A stretch of 64,000 nt of DNA from an uncultured delta proteobacterium. GTDB taxonomy: Bacteria > Desulfobacterota > Desulfobacteria > Desulfobacterales > Desulfatirhabdiaceae. The position numbers and the translations under genes are program-made. This document shows positions 41,773 to 53,007 of the stretch, piece after piece; positions within the stretch are counted from its first letter, which is position 1, and every line of letters begins with the position of its first letter. The notes under the pieces are model-generated. The model saw only the letters and a program-made list of their open reading frames with translations, did not search any database and was not told the DNA's origin. The stretch spans positions 224,001 through 288,000 of the forward strand of contig CAWBKP010000011.1 in NCBI GenBank assembly GCA_963789395.1. Direction: 5' to 3'.

Positions 41773-41887
41773 TACCGGTTCTGTTTTGTGACAGTGTCTG
41801 AATGCAAACACTACATCCTTTTAAGATTCGAAATATAAAACGATGACAATAACCACCTTATTCTGACTTGTTATCGTGAAAATATCT

Positions 41888-41973
41888 TCCCCCCTTTGAA
41901 AAAGGGGGGCCAGGGGGGATTTCAGTCACCCTGCAAAAAAATCCCCCTTAATCCCCCTTTTTCAAAGGGGGAG
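41888..41973. repeat. Family C element
   Basis: CCCCCTTTGAAAAAGGGGGGCCAGGGGGGATTT ... AAATCCCCCTTAATCCCCCTTTTTCAAAGGGGGA. Confidence 0.8.
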
Positions 41974-42035
41974 GTTATCATTTTCATGATCGAGGCTGAG
42001 AGCCGTTTCGGTCATGGACGTTTTCGAAGCTGATA

Positions 42036-42133
42036 AATGTTCAACACGGAGTGTTTTCAAACTGTGGATTTCAGTCTTTTTGACATTGGAATTTTGAATT
42101 TGTTTCAGATTGCGGATTTCGATATTCGGATTT
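42036..42133. repeat. Degenerate family A element (mainly right arm)
   Basis: ATTGGAATTTTGAATTTGTTTCAGATTGCGGATTTCGATATTCGGATTT. Confidence 0.65.
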
Positions 42134-42158
42134 TTCTATCAGGCCCAAGAGGAGTCAA

Positions 42159-43604
42159 GGATCAGTTATCGGATTTTTCTTCGTAGTCCTGCATGTTCTC
42201 ATCCAGATCGCGCTCATCACCAGGGTGCTGCTGCGGCCCCATCGTGAACCGGCGTCACGGATCGCCTGGGTCGTCGTCATCCTGTCTTTTTCGGTGCTGG
42301 GGTTCCTGGCCTACATCCTGCTGGGTGAAACGAACATCGGCCGGCGCCGGGCGGAGCGGATGCGCGCGGTCCTCTCCCGTCTGCCGGATATAAGCGAAAC
42401 TGCATGCGCGGATGCGGCAAATTTACATGCCGATGTGCCGCAACATTACGCACATCTGTTTCAAGTCGGAAAATCGGTCAACGGCTTTGCACCTGTCGGC
42501 GGCAACCGGGCGCACCTGATGCCGGATTCCAACGCGGCTGTCGCCGCCATAGTGGCTGACATCGATGCGGCAACAGATCATGTCCATATACTCTTCTACA
42601 TCTGGCTGCCGGACAACAACGGTTGCAAGGTAGCGCAAGCGCTGATGCGTGCCGCTTCACGCGGCGTCACCTGCCGGGCAATGGCCGACAGCCTTGGCTC
42701 GCGCATCCTGATCGATTCCGAGCACTGGCAGGCCATGCATGACGCGGGAGTGCACCTTGCCGGGGCACTGCCGATCGGCAATCCGCTGCTGCGCCCCCTG
42801 AAACGTCGTATCGACCTGCGCAACCACCGCAAGATCGTGATCATCGACAACCGCATTACCTACTGCGGAAGCCAGAACTGTGCTGACCCGGAGTTTCTCA
42901 TCAAGGCCAGGTATGCACCGTGGGTGGATGCCCTGATGCGATTCGAGGGACCGATCGCCCGCCAGAATCAATATCTCTTCGCCGGCGACTGGGAGACCGA
43001 AACAGGTGAGGATATCAGCCATCTGCTCAGGCAGCCCCTCCTGTCGATTCCCCCCGGGCTTCCGGCACAGGTAATCGGAACCGGACCGACCGTTCGCAGC
43101 TCGGCCATGCCCGAGATGTTCGAGTCCCTGATGTACACCGCCCGCAGCTCACTCGTCATCACTACTCCGTATTACGTCCCCGACGAATCCCTGCAGGCAG
43201 GGCTCTGTGCAAGCGCCCGGCGCGGGGTCGATACAAGTATCATCTTCCCTGCGCGCAACGACTCCTGGATTGTCCGTGCGGCAAGCCGCAGCTATTATGC
43301 CGATCTGCTTGCTGCCGGCGTCCGTATTTTTGAATACGAAGGCGGACTGCTGCATACCAAATCCCTGACCCTGGACGGGGAAATCACCTTGATAGGGTCC
43401 GCCAATATGGATCGACGCAGTTTCGAACTCAATTACGAAAACAACATCCTGTTCCATGACCGGTCTTTGACGGCAGAGATGCGTCGCCGCCAGGAAATCT
43501 ACATCGCCGGATCCAAACCGATCACCGGTGAAATGGTGGCCTGCTGGAACCTGCGCAGCCGGCTCTGGAACAACACCATTGCCATGTTCGGACCCGTTTT
43601 ATGA
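42159..43604 (+). CDS. cls: Cardiolipin synthase (start codon unclear; the frame stays open back to the GAGGAG RBS)
   Basis: Two HKD motifs (NHRKIVIID, LHTKSLTLD), GSANMDRRS, N-terminal TM pair. Confidence 0.9.
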   Translation, partial: GSVIGFFFVVLHVLIQIALITRVLLRPHREPASRIAWVVVILSFSVLGFLAYILLGETNIGRRRAERMRAVLSRLPDISETACADAANLHADVPQHYAHLFQVGKSVNGFAPVGGNRAHLMPDSNAAVAAIVADIDAATDHVHILFYIWLPDNNGCKVAQALMRAASRGVTCRAMADSLGSRILIDSEHWQAMHDAGVHLAGALPIGNPLLRPLKRRIDLRNHRKIVIIDNRITYCGSQNCADPEFLIKARYAPWVDALMRFEGPIARQNQYLFAGDWETETGEDISHLLRQPLLSIPPGLPAQVIGTGPTVRSSAMPEMFESLMYTARSSLVITTPYYVPDESLQAGLCASARRGVDTSIIFPARNDSWIVRAASRSYYADLLAAGVRIFEYEGGLLHTKSLTLDGEITLIGSANMDRRSFELNYENNILFHDRSLTAEMRRRQEIYIAGSKPITGEMVACWNLRSRLWNNTIAMFGPVL

Positions 43605-43633
43605 ATTATAAACACCCGTTTTTCGTTCAGCTT

Positions 43634-44725
43634 CTATTCTATATAGCGTTTACACAACTCGTTCCAGTTTTCCGTGTTCATGAATTTCAGCAGCGCCTTG
43701 TTTACCTGTTTGCGGATCGGACTGCTCGGCTGCAAGGCGATTCCCACGAAATATTCATCATAGGTTCCTGGCAGCGCCTGTACTTGACCCGGGAACTTAC
43801 TTTTTATCTCATACCTCATTATTTCTTCATTCAGAATAAACGCGTCGATTTTTTTGTCGGCAACCGCCATGAGACCTTGACTTAAACTCTCAAAGGGGAT
43901 GACGGCTATTCCCTGTTTTGTCAGAAAATCAAATCCTTCCGATCGGGATATCGATCCAACCCGCGCATGGTAGAGATCGCTGAAACCGCGAACCTTACCT
44001 CTCAACTCACCAAGGGTCAACGTCGTTGTGATATTGGCTGTAAAGCTGGCGATAAAAATGACTGAAAACATCATCCAGACGATCGCGATGCTTCGTCCGC
44101 CCATGGTTTTCGGGGCTTTGTCCCCATAGCCGACAGTGGTCATCGTCACCATGGCCCACCAGACGCCGTGCCCGATTCCCTTCAGGGTCCCGTCCCCGAA
44201 CATTTCGCTGTTCCGCCGCCTTTCAAACAACCAGAGAATGATTCCGACGACCAGGGACATCAACAGCAGCAATCCGAATGCTTTCAAAATCTGTATTGAA
44301 AATATGCTTTGGATAACGCGGGCCCATTTGTATTCGAGGCCATCAAACGGCACGGCAATGGACAGTCCCGATTTCAAATAGGATTGACTGAAATCCATGA
44401 CAGATATCAACCGCTCCCGAACCGGCATCGCGGGAATGACATCTATTTCCTGTCTGGTAAAGGCATCCAGCAACTGATCCATCCGGGAAAATTCAAGGTA
44501 TTCAAATGAAACACCCATGCCTTGCGCCAATGTCTGCCAGAGTTCGGCGCTGAAACCTTCCCAGTGATTATCCGCCGTTTTCATGAAGAGCGGTGGGGCC
44601 TCCATCACCCCGACCCTCAATTTTATCGGCGTTGTCGCCTCGTTCTGAGAATACGCTCGATCACAGATAACCAGAAGCGCCCAGACCACCATCAGTCCCA
44701 AGGTCAGTTTTTGGTTGGTTTTCAT
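43634..44725 (-). CDS. GluR0-like ligand-gated K+ channel (substrate-binding domain split by a K+ pore)
   Basis: Signal peptide; APPLF..GFSAELW; WWAMVTMTTVGYGDKAP selectivity filter; second SBP lobe. Confidence 0.85.
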   Translation of the reverse strand: MKTNQKLTLGLMVVWALLVICDRAYSQNEATTPIKLRVGVMEAPPLFMKTADNHWEGFSAELWQTLAQGMGVSFEYLEFSRMDQLLDAFTRQEIDVIPAMPVRERLISVMDFSQSYLKSGLSIAVPFDGLEYKWARVIQSIFSIQILKAFGLLLLMSLVVGIILWLFERRRNSEMFGDGTLKGIGHGVWWAMVTMTTVGYGDKAPKTMGGRSIAIVWMMFSVIFIASFTANITTTLTLGELRGKVRGFSDLYHARVGSISRSEGFDFLTKQGIAVIPFESLSQGLMAVADKKIDAFILNEEIMRYEIKSKFPGQVQALPGTYDEYFVGIALQPSSPIRKQVNKALLKFMNTENWNELCKRYIE

Positions 44726-44786
44726 ATCATTGTCCTGGTCCGGCCAAATGTCCCAAAATGCCCGATCCTCCGCCTCGGTACGGGAA

Positions 44787-46201
44787 TCATCCGCTAACCC
44801 CCAGGTCATCCGCCTCGGTTATCCAGCCGCCGCCCATGGCTTTATACAGGTTGATCAGCGCCTGGAACAGCGTGCCCTGGGTTTGGACATAGGCAAGTTC
44901 CACTTCAAAGAGGCTCCGTTCGGCATCCAGCACCTCGATGTAACTGGAATAGCCGTTGTCGAACCTGAGCCGTGCCAGGTCGGCGTATGTCCGGAGCGCC
45001 GCAACACGTTGGTTCTGGGCTTCGAGCTCCTGCGGGTCAGATTCTGGTCCGCAAGCGCATCGTTGAACTCACGAAAAGCCGTCTGGATGGTCTGCTGGTA
45101 CAGATGCAGATACTCCTGCTGCACCGCCTCGGTCACTTTTACCTGGCTGGATATCCTGCCGGCGGTGAAGATGGGGGCGGTAATCGGTGCGCTGTACTGC
45201 CAGACCTTGGCCGACCCGGTGAAGAGGTCGGAGAAATCGGAACTGGCAAATCCGAAGAAGCCGGTCAGGGAGATGGCGGGAAAATAGGCTGCCTTGGCCA
45301 CGCCGATCTGGGCGTTGGCGGCGATCAGGTTCTGTTCGGCCTGTTTGATGTCCGGACGCCGCTCCAGAAGATCGGACGGAAGCCCCTCCGGGATTATCGG
45401 CAGCTTCAGTTCATCGATGCTCTTGCCGCGGGGAACGGGACCGGGGTTTTGTCCCAGGAGCACGCTGATGGCGTTTTCCTGCAGGGCGATGGACTTCTGG
45501 ATCTGGGGAATGGTGGCCAGTGCCTGTTCATATTCTGACTTGCTCTGGGCCAGTTCCATTTCGTTGATGATGCCGCCCTCGAACCGGAGCTTGAGCAGTT
45601 CATAGGAATTCCTGCGCAGTTCGGCCGTCTGCCGGGAGATTTCCAGCTGCTTGTCCAGGTTGCGCAGGTTCACATAGGAGACCGCCACCGAGCTGACCAG
45701 GGTAAGGATAACCCCCCGGCGCCCTTCTTCGCTGGCCAGCAGGTTTGCCCTGGCAGCTTCGGTGCTTCTGCGGATCCGGCCCCAGATGTCCAGTTCCCAG
45801 GAAGCATTCAGGAGGACCTGCTGGTTGCCGGTAACGGTGTTATAGCCTGCGGGCAGATCGTTGCCGCTCTTTTCCGTGACCTGCTGCTGGCCGAACTGGG
45901 CCGATGCGCCCAGTTGGGGGTAGAGATCGGAGCGGACCACGCCGTAAAGGGCCGCGAACTGATCCACCCGGGCCGTTGCGATGAGAAGATCCTGGTTTTC
46001 ACGGATTGCCGTTGCGATGAGTTCGTTAAGGACCGGATCATCCAGTTGCCGCCACCAGGCGGTATTGGCCAGATCCTGTGCGTTTTTTTCATCAACGCGC
46101 CAGGATGCCGGCGTCTCCACCGTGGGGCGCTGGTAGTCCGGGCCGACCATGCAGCCGGCCAGGATCAGGGAGATGAAGGAGACAGCTAAGAGGTTACGCA
46201 T
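44787..46201 (-). CDS. NodT/OprM-family efflux outer-membrane lipoprotein (frameshift near 45030)
   Basis: Lipobox LAGC MVGPDYQRP; WELDIWGR; PSDLLERRPDI; end YKAMGGGW. Confidence 0.9.
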
Positions 46202-49200
46202 GATGGCCACCTTCCTTTCCGCCCGCGTTGTCCGGGGATATGGGAGGATGGGCGCCCGTATCCCCCTTGTGCCCAAGCTTCTCGACCACATAGAAGGTGA
46301 CCGGGATGAGGAAGATGGCGATGAAGGAGGCCGCCAGCATCCCGCCGATGACCGTGATCCCCATGACCTGCCGGGAGATGGCGCCGGCCCCGCTGGCGAT
46401 GGCCAGCGGCACGCAGCCGAGGATAAAGGCAAAGGAGGTCATGAGGATCGGCCGGAGCCGGAGCCTCGCCCCGTTGAGGGTCGCTTCCATGAGGGTCTCG
46501 CCCTTTTCGTATTCCAGCTTGGCGAATTCGACGATGAGGATGGCATTCTTGGCCGCCAGGCCGATGAGCATGACCAGACCGATCTGGGCGTAGATGTTGT
46601 TCTCGAAGGAACGGAACAGCAGTCCGGCAAAAGCCCCGGCCACGGCGACGGGGGTGCCGAGAAGGACCGAGAACGGCAGCGACCAGCTTTCATACTGGGC
46701 CGCCAGGATCAGGAAGACGCAGAGGAACGAGAAGGCGAAGATCGCCACCGGCGAAACCCCCTGCTGGGCCTTCTTCTCCTGGAACGACATGCCGCTGTAG
46801 TCGTACCCCATCTCCCGGGGCATGGTCTGGGCGAAGACCTCTTCCAGCGCCTTCATGGCCTGGGTCGAACTGAAGCCCGGGGCGGCCGAGGCGTTGATCT
46901 GGGCCGACCGGTAGAGGTTGAAGCGCATGGTGAACTCGGGTCCGAGGATGTTGCGGACCGAGGTGAGCGCAGACAGGGGGACCGTCTTCCCCTCGCTGTT
47001 GCGCACGTAGAACTGGCCGATGTTTTCGATGTTGGTCCGGTAGTCCCCTCGGCCTGGATGAACACCTGCCACTGGCGGCCGAACTTGTTGAAGTAGTTGA
47101 TGAAGCCGCTCCCCATGAAGCTCTGCAGGATCTTGTAGACATCGGCGATGGGGACCCCCTGCTTGAGGACCTTGTCCCGGTCCACGTCCACAAAGAGCTG
47201 CGGCACGGTGGGGAGGAAGGTGGTGGTGACCCTGGCCAGTTCGGGCCGTTTTTTGGCCGCTTCGATGAACTTCTTCGTGTTGGCGGCCAGGAAGTCGATG
47301 TCCTTCCCGGCCCGGTCCTGGAGGATGAAGGTGACCCCGCCGGAGGTGCCGACCCCCATGATGGCCGGCGGCGGGAAGGCAAAGCCGATGGCGCCCGGGA
47401 TGCCGGCCATCTTCGCTGGAGATCTACTTCTTGATCGCCTCGTACTGCTCTTCCGGCTTCTTCCGCTTGGCCCACTCCTCCAGGGTGATGAAGAAGAAGG
47501 CGCTGTAGGTGTTCTGCACCTGGCTCAGCATGCTGTAGCCGATGATCGAGGAGCAATACTTGACCCCCGGGGTCTTGGTGATGATCTCTTCGGCCTGCCT
47601 GGCCACCTCGCCGGTTCGCTGCAGCGAGGCGGCGTCGGGCAACTGGATGCCGGCAAAGATGAACCCCTGGTCCTCGTCAGGGAGAAAGCCGGTGGGGAGG
47701 CTGCTTGCCCGAGATCCCGGCCAGAACCGTCACGCCCAGAAGCAGGAGGAGACTGGTCTTGCTCTTCCGGATGGCGGCGCCGCAGACGCGAAACGTAGCC
47801 GTCGGTGGCCCGGCCGAAGACCCGGTTGAACCAGTCGTAGAACTTCTGCAGCGGGCCGGTGCCCTTCTTCTTCGGCTTGAGGAGCAGGGCGCAGAGGGCC
47901 GGGGAGAGGGAAAGGGCATTGAAGGCCGAGAAGATGACCGAGACGGCGATGGTCACGGCGAACTGCTGGTAGAGCTGGCCGGTAATGCCGGGGATGAAGG
48001 CCGTCGGGACAAAGACCGCCGCCAGGATGATGGCGATGGCGATGACCGGGCCGGAGACCTCCTCCATGGCCTTGAAGGCCGCATCCTTGGGTGACAGGCC
48101 GTGCTCGATATGGTGCTCCACCGCCTCCACGACGACGATGGCGTCATCCACGACCAGGCCGATGGCGAGGACCAGGCCGAAGAGGGAGAGGGTGTTGATG
48201 GAGAAGCCGAGCATGGGGAAGATGGCGAAGGTCCCCACCAGCGACACCGGCACCGCCAGCAGCGGGATGAGGGTGGCCCGCCACCCCTGGAGGAAGATGA
48301 AGACCACAAGGATGACGAGGATGAGGGCCTCGAAGAAGGTCTGCTTGATCTCCTTCATCCCCTCGGTGACCGCCAGGGTGGTGTCCAGCGCCACCGTATA
48401 GTCCAGGTCAGGCGGGAAGCTCTTCTTCAGCTCCTCCATCAGCTTCTTGGCGCCGTCGGCAGCATCCAGGGCGTTGGTCCCCGGCATCTGGTAGAGGGCG
48501 ATCAAGGCACGCCGGCTTGCCGTTGAGTCGGGACTCCATGTTGTAGGTCTGGGCGCCCAGTTCGATGCGGGCCACGTCCTTGACCCGGACGATGGAGCCG
48601 TCCGGGTTGGCGCGGAGCACGATATTGCCGAACTCTTCCTCGCTCTGGAGCCGTCCCTGGGCCCGGACCGAGTAGGTGAACTCCTGCCCCTTGGGGATCG
48701 GGGCGGCGCCCACCTGTCCGGCCGGGTTGACGGTGTTCTGGGCCTTGACGGCGTTCATGATCTCCGGGATGGTGATGTTGAGCTTGGCAAGCTGGTCCGG
48801 CTTGACCCAGATCCGCATGGCGTACTGGCCGGCGCCGAAGACCGTAGACGCTGGCGATCCCCTTGATCCGGGTCATCTGGTCGTTGATGTTGATGTAGGA
48901 GTAGTTGGCCAGGAAGATGTTGTCGTAGGTCCCGTTGGGGGAGTAGAGGGCGAACATGATGAGCGGGGACGAGGTGGATTTCTGCCACCGTCACCCCGTA
49001 ATTGACGACATCCCGCGGGAGCTGCGACTCGGCCTGGCTTTCCCGCATCTGGGCGAGTATCTGGTCGGTGTTGGCGTCGGTCCCCAGCTCGAAGTAGTTG
49101 TAAAGGGTCATCATGCCGTTGTTGGCGTTGATGGAGTACATGTAGTCCAGGTTGTCGACGCCGGACATCTGCTGCTCGATGGGGGTGGCCACCGACTGCT

Positions 49201-49372
49201 CCACGGTGAGGGCGTCGGCGCCGGTGTAGGTGGCGTTGACCTGGATGGCCGGCGGGACGATGTTGGGGAACTGGGCGATGGGAAGCCGCGACATGGCCAC
49301 CAGGCCCAGGATCACCATGAGGATGGAGATGACCATGGCCACAATGGGGCGGTTGATGAAGAATTTTGACAT
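46194..49372 (-). CDS. HAE1 RND efflux permease (multiple frameshifts)
   Basis: MSKFFINRPI; GLVVDDAIVVVE; GLAAKNAILIVEFA; RLRPILMTS. Confidence 0.92.
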
Positions 49373-49378
49373 GGTGGG

Positions 49379-50611
49379 CTACCCCTTTCCGTCCGTTGGT
49401 GCGGCGTCCTTTTTCTCCGGTGCATCGGGGGTGAACGGCTTCGGGGTCACTGCGGCGCCGGGGCGGACTTTCTGGGTCCCCTCGGCCACCACGGTTTCGC
49501 CAGGCTTCAATCCGTCGGTGATGATCCAGTCGGAACCGATCCGCAGCCCCGCTTTCACCTGACGGATATCCACCTTGTTGTCGCTTCCCACTACCGCCAC
49601 CATGTATTTCCCCTGGACGTCGCTCACCGCCCGCTGGGGAATCAGGATCGCCCCTTTCTGCTCCGACATGAGGGCCTTGACGATGGCAAAACCGCCGGGG
49701 CGAAGCACATTTCCGGGGTTGGGGAAGAGCGCGCCCACCTTGAGGGTGCCGGTGGTGGGATCGATCTGCCGGTCGGCCAGGGCGAATTTGCCCTTTTGCG
49801 GGTAGATGCTGCCATCGGCCAGAATCAGCTGCAAGGGGACGTCCTCCAGCTTCTGGCCGCTGTCCCGCACCGACAAATATTCCCGCTCGCTGACGTTGAT
49901 ATACGCCTTGATCGGGTTGACGCTGGAAACGGTGGTCAATTCCTGGGTGGAAGTCGGTCCCACCAGGTTGCCGAGCTGGGTCTTGGCAATCCCGGCAATA
50001 CCCTCCACCGGGGAGGTGATTTTCGTAAACTCAAGATTCAATTTGGCGGATTCCACATTGGCCGTGGCCGCCACGATGGCGGCCTTGGCCGCTTCCACCG
50101 AGGCCCGGGTGGCCAATTCCCTGCCGGTGGCATCATCCAGGTCCTTCTGGGAGACGGCGTTTTTCGCCGCCAGGGGTTTGACCCTGGCCAGGTCGGCTTT
50201 GGCGGTCACATAAGCGGCCTCGGCCCGGGCCAGATCACCTTTGGCCTGGTCCAGAGCTCCCTTGGTCTGGTCCAGGACAGCCTGGAAGGTCCGGGGATCG
50301 ATCTCAAAGAGAACCTGCCCTTTTTTGACCACTTGCCCTTCTGTATAGTTCTGTTTGATGAGATAACCGGAAACCTGGGGCTTGATGACGGCGTTGACGT
50401 TGCCGTCCAGGGACCCGACCCACTCCTGGTAGATGGGAACATCACGGACGGCGACAGTAACCACTTCCACGGTCGGCGGCGGCGGGGCCACAGCCTCTTT
50501 TTTAGTCTCGCACCCGGCCGTTGCCAGCACTCCACAGAAGAGACAGACGATGATTCCTCTGCTCACCATTACCTTCAGACCGGTTTCCATACGGCTTCCT
50601 GTCAGTTGCAT
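49379..50611 (-). CDS. RND membrane-fusion protein
   Basis: AGGAGG RBS; KPQVSGYL, VKKGQVLFEIDP, ITSPVEG, GLKPGETVV. Confidence 0.92.
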   Translation of the reverse strand: MQLTGSRMETGLKVMVSRGIIVCLFCGVLATAGCETKKEAVAPPPPTVEVVTVAVRDVPIYQEWVGSLDGNVNAVIKPQVSGYLIKQNYTEGQVVKKGQVLFEIDPRTFQAVLDQTKGALDQAKGDLARAEAAYVTAKADLARVKPLAAKNAVSQKDLDDATGRELATRASVEAAKAAIVAATANVESAKLNLEFTKITSPVEGIAGIAKTQLGNLVGPTSTQELTTVSSVNPIKAYINVSEREYLSVRDSGQKLEDVPLQLILADGSIYPQKGKFALADRQIDPTTGTLKVGALFPNPGNVLRPGGFAIVKALMSEQKGAILIPQRAVSDVQGKYMVAVVGSDNKVDIRQVKAGLRIGSDWIITDGLKPGETVVAEGTQKVRPGAAVTPKPFTPDAPEKKDAAPTDGKG

Positions 50612-50743
50612 ACTTGGCCTCCTGTCTCTCACGCCGATAAACCTCCCTTTATTTCATTCGAAAAATCGATGGTCGTCGCAGCCGTTCATGGCATTCAGCC
50701 ATCAAAATGGTCAAGTAGCCGGCGAAATGCATAACGCCGGCCG

Positions 50744-51243
50744 CTATTTCATCAAGGGAATGCTGTCGGCCAGTTCGTACTGGACGATGGCCTGAATCTT
50801 GTTTTCGATCTGGAAATACCGGGCGGCCTTCATTGCGGACACGGCCTTCTGGAATTTCGGCAAGTAAAGCTCTTTCAATGCCACGCGTTCTTTCTCAACA
50901 GCCAGGGATTCTTTCATGAGTTTCTGGGCGATGTCATTGGTCATGCTTTTATAATTCTCGGCATAATTCACGATAAGCTTTACCAGTCCGTTCATTGATT
51001 TTGGTCAGTTTGGCTTGATATTCCTGATAAATCGGCCAGAACGCCTTGGCTTCGGCTTCCGTAAGATCCATATTCGCAGCCACGACCAGTTTCTTGTCCG
51101 CATGAATTTTTTCCCGCAGAATTTCCATATTGCTTGCATCTGCCTTTTTTTCCTGCGCGCAAACCGGCGCGACTACCAGTGCAAAAGCCAGAATCCATGC
51201 TGCCATGATCACGGTCAACCCCGGGTAACGTTTCTCTATTCAT
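50744..51243 (-). CDS. Secreted helical hypothetical protein, possibly Spy/CpxP-like (frameshifted)
   Basis: Signal peptide; MDLTEAEAKAFWPIYQEY...ARYFQIENKI. Confidence 0.65.
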
Positions 51244-51370
51244 CTTTGTTTTCCTTTTATGATTCGTTAAGATTTTAATTTTACGATTTTAAATTCTATA
51301 GCATCAGCCATGGAGGCTGTCAAAACATCTATCTATGCGCTATATGAGCCGAAAGCCACTTTGCAAACGA

Positions 51371-52396
51371 CTAGTAGGAATAAAACAGCTTCTGCAGTTC
51401 CGTCAGCCTTCTTTTCTTCATCAGCGCAAGCATGAGCAGAATGCGGGCCTTTGCCGGGTTGAGCTCGTCGGATGCGATGAACCGGAGGCGGTCATCGTCC
51501 ACCTCGATATTCCGGCCCACCGTACCGGTGGGGACACGGGAACTCCGGACAATGATGATGCCCTGTCCGGCTGCCCTGGCTGCGGTTTCAAGCGCAGCTG
51601 CATTCATGTTGCCATTGCCGTCGCCGGCGATCACGATGCCTTTGGCGCCGCGGGCGACCGAACATTCAATCAGGTCAGCCGGCATGTCGGCACAGGCATA
51701 CACGATATCCACACGTGGCAGGGACGATACCCCTGCCACGGAAAATTCACTTTTATAGGTATGCCTTCGAAATGGTTTTCGGAAATAGGTGGTCTTTCCA
51801 TATATGACGGTTCCGATCAGCCCGTTCACGGGAGAAAGAAAGGTTTCCACCGACGTCGTGTTGGTTTTCGTCAATGAATGGGCGCCGTGAATCCGGTCGT
51901 TCATCACCACCAGGACGCCGCGGCCGGCAGCCTGCGGGTCGGCGGCAACGGCAACGGCATTATACAGATTCAGCGGGCCGTCCGCGCTGATGGCCGTTGA
52001 GGGGCGCATGGCGCCGGTCATGACCACGGGTTTTCTGCTTTTAACGGTCAGGCTGAGAAAAAATGCGGTTTCTTCCATGGTGTCCGTACCATGGGTGACG
52101 ACAATGCCGTCCGCCTCACCGGATGCAAAGATGTCATTGATTCGGTTGGCCAGCCGGATCATGATCTCAAAGGACATATCCTGGGAACCGACGCTGGCGA
52201 TCTGTTCCCCGCGGACATGGGCCAGCGCGGACATCTCGGGTACGGCGTCGATCATGACATCGATTCCCATCTTTGCTGAAGTATATTCGGCCTGTGCACC
52301 GGACCGGGCGGCGCCGGCAATGGTGCCGCCGGTCGCCAGGATGACGATTCTGGGCGTCTTCTTCTGCTCCTGATCGGAGTTTTTTGTTGTTTCCAT
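51371..52396 (-). CDS. L-asparaginase/glutaminase (type II-like sequence, no signal peptide)
   Basis: ATGGTIAG, HGTDTMEET, GAMRP, SADGPLNL. Confidence 0.93.
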   Translation of the reverse strand: METTKNSDQEQKKTPRIVILATGGTIAGAARSGAQAEYTSAKMGIDVMIDAVPEMSALAHVRGEQIASVGSQDMSFEIMIRLANRINDIFASGEADGIVVTHGTDTMEETAFFLSLTVKSRKPVVMTGAMRPSTAISADGPLNLYNAVAVAADPQAAGRGVLVVMNDRIHGAHSLTKTNTTSVETFLSPVNGLIGTVIYGKTTYFRKPFRRHTYKSEFSVAGVSSLPRVDIVYACADMPADLIECSVARGAKGIVIAGDGNGNMNAAALETAARAAGQGIIIVRSSRVPTGTVGRNIEVDDDRLRFIASDELNPAKARILLMLALMKKRRLTELQKLFYSY

Positions 52397-52450
52397 GCTT
52401 GATATCCTTGATAAAGCCAGATGATTCCTGAAAATGGATGCGGATGGAAT

Positions 52451-52540
52451 TCAGTTCTTGGCGGTTTCCCGGTCGATCATCCTGTTCACGATGACGGCGC
52501 AGGAAGCATCCCCCAGAACATTGGTGGCGGTGCGCATCAT
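52451..52540 (-). pseudogene. C-terminal remnant of a dicarboxylate/amino-acid:cation symporter (DAACS)
   Basis: Hand translation MMRTATNVLGDASCAVIVNRMIDRETAKN stop matches the GltP/DctA TM8 motif RTxxNVxGD. Confidence 0.7.
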
Positions 52541-53007
52541 GACACAAGAGGGGGGCGTCTCTTCCTCCATGACGATCTAAATGGCATCATTAAGATCGAA
52601 TTGAAATCGTACCGGCCCCTGTCAGTTGGAAGATTGACTGCTCAAGCCAAGTATGATGCGTGTTCATTCCACGGTCAATGTTTATCTTTCTCGGATTAAA
52701 CACTATTCGCTGCCAGTTTGCGTCACAGGTATAATCGTAGCCAACCCGGTTTGTTGGTTATGGATCAGACCAAAAAGCTCTCGGACCGGATCACGACCTG
52801 CTCCCATCATGTTTTCTATTCGAACAATTGTCTCGACACGGATTTTCATTTCCTGTAAGTTATTCTCATAAAATGTTCTGAAGATGAGCAGCGGTATATC
52901 CATCTGTTCTGTTGACAGAAAATCCAATGTCGGTCCCGTTCCCAATTTCCAAGGAAGCGATGATGTCAGGTATCGTATTCCATTCAAGAATCAAGCAAGA
53001 GGAGAAG

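Noticed and set aside
52703..52987. 94-aa minus-strand ORF
   Set aside because: No motif or clear RBS, and it overlaps the upstream region of the DUF3313 gene
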